Below are positions 58,006-64,000 of a DNA stretch of 64,000 bases, piece after piece (the stretch's first letter is position 1; each line of letters opens with the position of its first letter). A program made the translations under genes and the position numbers. The stretch lies in the NCBI GenBank assembly GCA_039715085.1, contig JBDLIB010000001.1, forward strand, positions 691-64,690. Direction: 5' to 3'. The notes below the pieces were generated by a model. It searched no databases. It worked only from the letters and a program-made list of their open reading frames with translations, and had not been told where the DNA came from. This DNA is from Bacteroidota bacterium (GTDB taxonomy: Bacteria > Bacteroidota > Bacteroidia > Flavobacteriales > Flavobacteriaceae).

Positions 58006-59913
58006 TTGTTTGTAATTACTACCATGATACAAAAAATTTTCATTTTCAGCTTTATCTTATACACATTAACATCTTTTTCACAATCAAAAGATGAAATTTT
58101 ATTTACTATAGATAAAGAACCTGTTTATACCTCAGAATTTTTGAGAGTGTATCAAAAGAATAAGGACCTGATAGTTGATGAGAACCAAAAAGATATTGAT
58201 GATTACTTAGATATGTTTATTGATTTTAAATTAAAGATCAAACAGGCATATGACAATAAATTAGATGAAGACCCTGCTTTTAAAAAAGAACTGGCTAAGT
58301 ATAGAGAGCAACTGGTTGTTCCCTATATGGGAAACAAGGAGGTGACAGAGAGTCTGGTTAGAGAGGCTTATGAAAGAACTGTAAATGAAGTAAATGCGAG
58401 TCATATTTTGATCAGGATTCCTCAAAATGCTAAACCTGCCGATACACTTGCTGCCTTCCAAAAAATATCTGAAGCATACAATAAAGCAACTAGTGGTATT
58501 CCGTTCGATCAGGTTGCCAAAGAATATTCACAAGATCCTTCGGTTGCACAAAATGGAGGTAATTTGGGTTATTTTTCTGCATTTTCAATGGTCTATTCTT
58601 TCGAGAATGCAGCTTATACAACCGAAATAGGTAATGTTTCAGAGCCTTTTAGAACACAATTTGGATATCATATTTTAAAAGTAAATGATAAGCGTCCATC
58701 AAAAGGTGAAATTAAGGTTGGACATATTTTTATTAAGAATAAACCTGAAGATTCTACTTATGCCGGTTCACAAATTCAGGAGATCTATCAAAAATTACAA
58801 CAAGGTGAAGATTTTGCATTTTTGGCAAAAAACTATTCCGATGATAAATCGAGTGCACAAAAGGGCGGTGAAATGCCAAAATTTGGAACCGGAAAATTAA
58901 TAAAACCTCTTGAAAATATTGCATTTTCTTTAAAAGATACAGGAGATGTTTCGAAACCATTCTCAACAAAATATGGGTGGCATATATTAAAGCTATTAGA
59001 AAAATATCCTGTTGCAAATTATGATGCTTTAAAAGAAAATTTAACACAACAAATCAAAAATGGAAACAGGGCTGTTGTTTTACATAATGCTTTTGCTGAA
59101 AAGTTGGAGGAACAATATAAAGTTGTTGAAAATAAAGAGGTATTAGCACAATTGTTTTTACATTCATTGACCGATGATTCACCTGATAAGGTTCTATTTA
59201 CAATTGAAGATCGGAATTATACTTTATCTCAATTTGAGGATTATTTAAAAGCTAAATCCAAAACATCTTCCAAAGTTACTTTTGTTAATTTTAAATCGGA
59301 TAAGATCATAGAGTATCATAAAGATCATTTAGAGGAAACAAACCAGGACTTTGCAGCAACTATAAACGAATATACAGATGGTTTGTTGTTATTTGATCTT
59401 CTTCAAAAAAATATCTGGGATGAAGCTGAAAAAGATTCAATTGGATTAGAGAAATATTTTGAAAATAATATTGATAAATACCAATGGAAAACCCGTTTAA
59501 ATGTTGTCCTTGCCAATTGTACCAAATCAGATAAAGCTGCTATCGTAAGGGATTACATGATACAAGGAAAAAGTATAGACCAGATAAAAGAACAGGTAAA
59601 TGAAGGAGCAACCATTCATGTGCTTTTTAGCAAGGCTATCGTTGAAGAGAACAGTAATAAACTACCCGAAGGTTTTGAAATAAAAATAGGAGTTTCACCT
59701 GTTATTGAAGAAGACAAAACACATTACACAATTGTTGATGTACGGAAAATAATTCCTGCAGAGCCAAAACAATTATCCGAATCCAAAGGCCAGGTTTTGA
59801 ATGATTATCAAAACTATCTTGAAGAAGAATGGGTTGAGGAACTTAGAAATGAATATAAAGTAAAAATTAACAAAAGAGCTTTAAAACATTTAAAGCAGGA
59901 TTTGAATGAATAA
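58006..59913 (+). CDS. PpiC-type peptidyl-prolyl isomerase (SurA/PpiD-like), two parvulin domains
   Basis: ASHILIRIP...FGYHILKV and VGHIFIKN...YGWHILKL. An alternative ATG lies at 58024. Confidence 0.8.
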   Translation: MFVITTMIQKIFIFSFILYTLTSFSQSKDEILFTIDKEPVYTSEFLRVYQKNKDLIVDENQKDIDDYLDMFIDFKLKIKQAYDNKLDEDPAFKKELAKYREQLVVPYMGNKEVTESLVREAYERTVNEVNASHILIRIPQNAKPADTLAAFQKISEAYNKATSGIPFDQVAKEYSQDPSVAQNGGNLGYFSAFSMVYSFENAAYTTEIGNVSEPFRTQFGYHILKVNDKRPSKGEIKVGHIFIKNKPEDSTYAGSQIQEIYQKLQQGEDFAFLAKNYSDDKSSAQKGGEMPKFGTGKLIKPLENIAFSLKDTGDVSKPFSTKYGWHILKLLEKYPVANYDALKENLTQQIKNGNRAVVLHNAFAEKLEEQYKVVENKEVLAQLFLHSLTDDSPDKVLFTIEDRNYTLSQFEDYLKAKSKTSSKVTFVNFKSDKIIEYHKDHLEETNQDFAATINEYTDGLLLFDLLQKNIWDEAEKDSIGLEKYFENNIDKYQWKTRLNVVLANCTKSDKAAIVRDYMIQGKSIDQIKEQVNEGATIHVLFSKAIVEENSNKLPEGFEIKIGVSPVIEEDKTHYTIVDVRKIIPAEPKQLSESKGQVLNDYQNYLEEEWVEELRNEYKVKINKRALKHLKQDLNE

Positions 59914-60754
59914 GAACTATATATATTATTTAGGGTTAATTTTGGGGGTTTTATCAGTTGCATGTGAGCAAAAGGCTGATGATGAAAATGCAATTGCCAG
60001 GGTTAATAAAACATATCTTTATGAAGAGGATTTTGTTAGATCTCTTCCCGACAATATAACAAAAGAAGACAGCGCTTTATTCAGGGCAAATTACATCAAT
60101 TCCTGGGCTACGAAGCAATTATTACTTCAAAAAGCACAATTGAATATTGATGAGGAAGCATCTGAAATCAATGACCTGGTAAGAGAATACAGAACAGAAT
60201 TGCTTATTGACAGGTATAAGGAAGCAGTTTTAAAACAGGAACTCGATACTGTCGTAACCTCTTATGATATAGATCAGTACTATGAAAAAAACAAAAACAT
60301 TTATCGGTTGAATGAAGATCTTGTAAAAATAAAATTCATTTCTTTTCATAAAGACATTAATAAAAGTAAGGATTTGATCGACTTTTTTAAATCTAAAGAT
60401 TCAACAGATTTTACTAGATTGATTGACAGGAGTTTAGAATTGAACTCTTTTAATTTTAATGATTCTATTTGGGTAAGATATCCTTCTGTTTTAAATAAAA
60501 TTCCAATACTTAAGGAAACGGAATTAAAAAAGGTAAAATTTTTACAAAAAGAAGATTCATTAGGAGTATATTTGGTGACTGTTAAAGATGTGCTTTACAG
60601 GAATGAGATAGCACCCCAAAGCTATGTTAAAAATACTATAAAGCAAATGATCTTGCATAAGCATAAGCTGGAGTTATTAAAAACACTGGAAAAAACATTG
60701 TTGGAGGATGCAACAAAAAACAAACAATTTGAAACGATTAATAAGGATGATTAA
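59906..60754 (+). CDS. lipoprotein, SurA-N-like chaperone domain protein
   Basis: Lipobox LGVLSVAC. Sits between two PPIase genes. Confidence 0.45.
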   Translation: MNKNYIYYLGLILGVLSVACEQKADDENAIARVNKTYLYEEDFVRSLPDNITKEDSALFRANYINSWATKQLLLQKAQLNIDEEASEINDLVREYRTELLIDRYKEAVLKQELDTVVTSYDIDQYYEKNKNIYRLNEDLVKIKFISFHKDINKSKDLIDFFKSKDSTDFTRLIDRSLELNSFNFNDSIWVRYPSVLNKIPILKETELKKVKFLQKEDSLGVYLVTVKDVLYRNEIAPQSYVKNTIKQMILHKHKLELLKTLEKTLLEDATKNKQFETINKDD

Positions 60755-62093
60755 AAAAATATTATTTTTTGTATTTATTGGCTTGGCAATTCAATTACAA
60801 GCTCAGGAAAAGGTGAAGATCGACGGAGTTGCCACAGTGGTAGGTAAGAACATAGTACTTGATTCGGAAGTTGATGCTTTTAAACTTGAAATGTTACAGC
60901 AGAGTGATGGAAAGGCCGATGTTAATGATTGTGATATGCTTGAAAAAATTATGCGTAGAAAATTATTGGCTCATCACGCGGTGATTGATAGTGTGGTGGT
61001 TTCTGAGGCTGAAATTAATCAGCAAGTGCAACGTAAGATTCAATACTTCTCTCAACAATTAGGTTCTGAGGAAAAAATGCTGGAATTCTATGGTTTCGAA
61101 TCTATGAAAGACATGAACGAGGAGTTGTATCAGGTTGAAAAAGAAAATATGCTTATCAACAGAGAGCAACAACAAATTACTGCCGATATTGATATCACTC
61201 CCGAAGAAGTTAAAAGGTATTTTTATAGTTTAAAAGAAGAAGGAAATTTACCGGAATTCGGTTCTGAAATTGAACTGGCACAGATAGTATTGAATATTGA
61301 GCCATCAGAGGAGGAAAAACAACGTGTAATAGACAGATTGAATGAAATTAGAGGGCAGGTTGAACAGGGCGAAAGCTTTAAGATGAAAACTATTTTATAT
61401 TCAGACGATCCAGGAGTAAGTCAAAATAGTGGTGAATATACGATTGATAGAAACAGTCCGTTTGTTAAAGAGTTTAAAGAGGCTGCTTTTAGTTTAGATG
61501 AAGGAGAAATGTCTGAGCCATTTAAATCCGATTTCGGTTATCATATCTTACAGGTAGAAAAAATTAAGGGAAAAGAAAGAGTTGCACGCCATTTATTGAT
61601 GCAACCAAAGATCAGTGATGCGGTTTTGGATAAATCAAAAGACTCTTTAAATAAAATTCGTGAGGATATCTTAAAGCATGAAATTACTTTCGAAGAAGCT
61701 GTGCTAAAATATTCAAATGATAAAGATACAAGACAAAATAAAGGATTGATCGTAAACCCACAATCCGGAGATACACATTTTGAATTAACCAGGATGGACC
61801 CAGAGCTTTACTCAAAAGTAAGTAATTTAAAAGCTGGAGAATACAGCAGTGTTTTTTATGAAGAATCCCGTGAAGGGAAAAAAATGTTCAAGTTTCTGTT
61901 GTTAAAATCAAAAACGGAGGCTCATAAAGCAGATCTCGCTATTGACTTTGTAAAAATTAAAAATCTGGCATTGCAGAAGAAAAAAGAGGAAGAGATAGAT
62001 GAATGGGTAAAGGATAAAATTGGAGATACTTATATTAAAATTAATAAAAAGTTCAAGGACTGTAAATTTGAAAATAACTGGACAAAAAATTAG
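60747..62093 (+). CDS. surA: peptidyl-prolyl isomerase SurA-like
   Basis: Signal peptide MIKKILFFVFIGLAIQLQAQ. Parvulin FGYHILQVEK. Confidence 0.75.
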   Translation: MIKKILFFVFIGLAIQLQAQEKVKIDGVATVVGKNIVLDSEVDAFKLEMLQQSDGKADVNDCDMLEKIMRRKLLAHHAVIDSVVVSEAEINQQVQRKIQYFSQQLGSEEKMLEFYGFESMKDMNEELYQVEKENMLINREQQQITADIDITPEEVKRYFYSLKEEGNLPEFGSEIELAQIVLNIEPSEEEKQRVIDRLNEIRGQVEQGESFKMKTILYSDDPGVSQNSGEYTIDRNSPFVKEFKEAAFSLDEGEMSEPFKSDFGYHILQVEKIKGKERVARHLLMQPKISDAVLDKSKDSLNKIREDILKHEITFEEAVLKYSNDKDTRQNKGLIVNPQSGDTHFELTRMDPELYSKVSNLKAGEYSSVFYEESREGKKMFKFLLLKSKTEAHKADLAIDFVKIKNLALQKKKEEEIDEWVKDKIGDTYIKINKKFKDCKFENNWTKN

Positions 62094-62101
62094 GTAATTA
62101 G

Positions 62102-63055
62102 ATGTCGGATGTAGATCAGATCAAAAAATTAGTCCAAAATCAACAATTATTAAAGCAGGAAATTGCCAAAATTATTGTTGGCCAGGAACATGCCGTAAAC
62201 AGTGTTCTACTTTCGGTTCTTTGTGGTGGACATTCTTTGCTGATAGGGGTGCCAGGCCTGGCAAAAACACTTTTGGTACATACAGTTTCACAGGCTTTAG
62301 GATTAGATTTTAAACGTATCCAATTTACACCTGATTTGATGCCATCTGATATTTTGGGAAGTGAGATCTTAGATGAGAACAGGCATTTTAAATTTATTAA
62401 AGGCCCTGTTTTTTCGAATATAATTTTAGCCGATGAGATCAATCGAACCCCACCCAAGACCCAGGCAGCCTTATTAGAAGCGATGCAGGAGCGATCGGTT
62501 ACTGTTGCCGGACATCATTATAAATTAGATAAGCCATTTTTTGTTCTGGCAACCCAAAATCCTATTGAGCAGGAAGGGACTTACCCTTTACCGGAAGCAC
62601 AACTGGATAGATTTATGTTTTCAATTTACCTGGATTACCCAAGTTTCGAAGAAGAGGTTTTGGTGGCAAAAATTACTACAACGGATGATAAAGTAGAGGT
62701 CAACCCTATATTTAATGCAGAAGAAATTAATAATTATCAGCACCTGATAAGAAGAATTCCTATAGCCGATAATGTAGTGGAGTACGCTGTGAATCTGGTT
62801 TCTAAAACACGGCCCAATTCCGATAAGGCTACCGAACTCGTAAAAAATTATATAGATTGGGGTGCAGGTCCAAGGGCTTCACAAAGTTTAGTTCTCGCTG
62901 CAAAAGCCCATGCTGCAATTAATGGTAAATTTTCACCCGATATTGAGGATGTTCAGGCTGTTGCCCCCGGAATTTTACATCACAGAATTGTAAAGAACTA
63001 CAAAGCTGAAGCGGAAGGAATTACCGAAAATGATATCATTAGTTCGCTTTATTAA
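62102..63055 (+). CDS. moxR: MoxR-family AAA+ ATPase
   Basis: LLIGVPGLAKT, ILADEINRTPPKTQAALLEAMQE. Confidence 0.9.
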   Translation: MSDVDQIKKLVQNQQLLKQEIAKIIVGQEHAVNSVLLSVLCGGHSLLIGVPGLAKTLLVHTVSQALGLDFKRIQFTPDLMPSDILGSEILDENRHFKFIKGPVFSNIILADEINRTPPKTQAALLEAMQERSVTVAGHHYKLDKPFFVLATQNPIEQEGTYPLPEAQLDRFMFSIYLDYPSFEEEVLVAKITTTDDKVEVNPIFNAEEINNYQHLIRRIPIADNVVEYAVNLVSKTRPNSDKATELVKNYIDWGAGPRASQSLVLAAKAHAAINGKFSPDIEDVQAVAPGILHHRIVKNYKAEAEGITENDIISSLY

Positions 63056-63095
63056 ATATCACATTTCCACTACAAAAAAACCAATAATTTTCTTG

Positions 63096-63125
63096 TTGCT
63101 AAATCGTTAATTATGTGTATCTTTG
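63096..63125 (+). promoter_or_regulatory. Bacteroidota sigma-A type promoter (TTG-N19-TATCTTTG)
   Basis: TTG at 63096-63098 and TAnnTTTG at 63118-63125, about 120 nt upstream of the ATG at 63244. Confidence 0.5.
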
Positions 63126-63243
63126 CACACCTTTTTGACGAGCTCAGATTCCAAAAAGGTTTTTTATTGATTAAGTAAAATCGCTCTTATTGATTTTTTT
63201 CGTGTAAGAATCTGAAAAACAATAAGATACAAAACAATTGTAT

Positions 63244-64000
63244 ATGTCATCATTACAAGAAAAATTAGAATTATACACAGCTAATGCTAAGGAGTTAGGT
63301 GTAGAAGTTGAAGCAGATCTGTTTAAATTGGTAACCAAAGGATTAGGGCCATCAATTTACAAAGAAGATGCTGAATTAGTTTCATGTTCACAGGAATCAG
63401 AACTTGAAACTGTAAAGAAAAATTTCCTTATCAAAAAATTAGGATTGGAAGACGGTGAGAAATTAGATGCAGCCATTGCTTCAGTTTGTGAAAAAATGGG
63501 TAAATCTAACAAGTCTAAATACCGTGCAATTTTTTACTATTTATTAGTAAAAGAATTAGGAGCAGAAGCTGTTTACGAAGTGGTAGAAGAAAAAGAGGAA
63601 GAAGCTCCAAAAGCAAAAAAAGAAACTGCTGAGAAAGAAGAGAAAAAAGAGGAAAAAGTTGTGGAAGAAGTGAAAGAGGAGGTTAAAGAAGAAGTAAAAG
63701 AAGTTGAAACTGTTGAAGCTAAAGATCCACAAGAATTTTTAGATAGTTTTGATTGGGAAAAATACCAGGAAGGTATTGAACCAATTGATGAAGAAGAATA
63801 TTCTGCTTTTGAAAAAGCTTTGGAAGGAACTGTAGGGTTTGTTGAAGAAAGAGAAGTAATTGAGGGAACTGTTGTGAGAATGACAGATCGTGAAGCAATT
63901 ATTGATACCAACTCGAAATCTGAAGGTGTAATTTCTTTAAATGAATTTAGATACAACCCACACTTAAAAGTTGGTGACAAAGTTGAGGTAAAGGTTGAAA
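63244..64000 (+). CDS. rpsA: 30S ribosomal protein S1 with an in-frame N-terminal DUF2853-like domain and a Glu/Lys linker; truncated by the window end
   Basis: One continuous frame reads MSSLQEKLELYTANAKELGV...KYRAIFYYLLVKELGAEAVY (DUF2853-like), then an EEKEEEAPKAKKE... linker, then DPQEFLDSFDWEKYQEGIEP...VIEGTVVRMTDREAIIDTNSKSEGVISLNEFRYNP (S1 N-terminus). Confidence 0.8.
   Translation, partial: MSSLQEKLELYTANAKELGVEVEADLFKLVTKGLGPSIYKEDAELVSCSQESELETVKKNFLIKKLGLEDGEKLDAAIASVCEKMGKSNKSKYRAIFYYLLVKELGAEAVYEVVEEKEEEAPKAKKETAEKEEKKEEKVVEEVKEEVKEEVKEVETVEAKDPQEFLDSFDWEKYQEGIEPIDEEEYSAFEKALEGTVGFVEEREVIEGTVVRMTDREAIIDTNSKSEGVISLNEFRYNPHLKVGDKVEVKVE

Noticed and set aside
63573-63980. 135-aa minus-strand ORF rich in Ser/Thr/Phe
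   Set aside because: It is the antisense shadow of the Glu/Lys-rich linker and N-terminus of rpsA, with low-complexity composition.
1-64000. CRISPR arrays, rRNA genes, large tandem repeats
   Set aside because: I saw no regularly spaced short repeats and no rRNA-like sequence while reading the window. The only tandem repeats noted are the 11-mer x2 at 51450-51471 and the 9-mer x2 at 39217-39238.

Overview
Low-GC Bacteroidota (Flavobacteriia-like) chromosome segment. This call rests on CTnDOT-type tra genes, a GLPGLI protein, and a TTG-N19-TAnnTTTG promoter. Positions 1 to ~51.5 kb form a mosaic accessory island that ends beside a tRNA(CAT). From ~51.7 kb onward the genes are ordinary core genes: START-like, class IV aminotransferase, yqgE, HU, fmt, recQ, DUF493, three SurA/PpiC-type proteins, MoxR and rpsA. 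The island carries, in order: (1) an IS256 transposase fragment; (2) a run of anti-phage modules: an OLD-family nuclease operon plus a DUF4145 protein, a RelA/SpoT-domain protein, Hachiman hamAB, a fused ABC-ATPase/TOPRIM (OLD/PARIS-like) protein and a HEPN-motif protein; (3) a partial conjugation block, traE to traN, plus an amidase; (4) a tightly packed six-gene CBASS-like operon: an XRE-S24 repressor, a CD-NTase, an E2-E1-JAB triple fusion, a NucC-like nuclease, a ChaC-like gamma-glutamylcyclotransferase and a second NTase with a glycine zipper; (5) ICE housekeeping genes (xis-like HTH, Rep-like, DnaC-like ATPase, RteC); (6) two response-regulator-linked modules built on ComEC-type MBL hydrolases, one with a membrane patatin and one next to an Mrr-STAND-TPR (Avs-like) protein; (7) a frameshifted PLD gene; (8) a GLPGLI/TonB-receptor pair; (9) decayed integrase and response-regulator remnants. 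The most unusual signal is non-coding. Conserved junction elements separate the defence genes. At least two ORFs are each bracketed by their own inverted GTT.../...AAC cores, which is integron-cassette-like logic, yet no integron integrase is in the window. All calls come from reading the sequence and ORF translations by eye. No database search was run.
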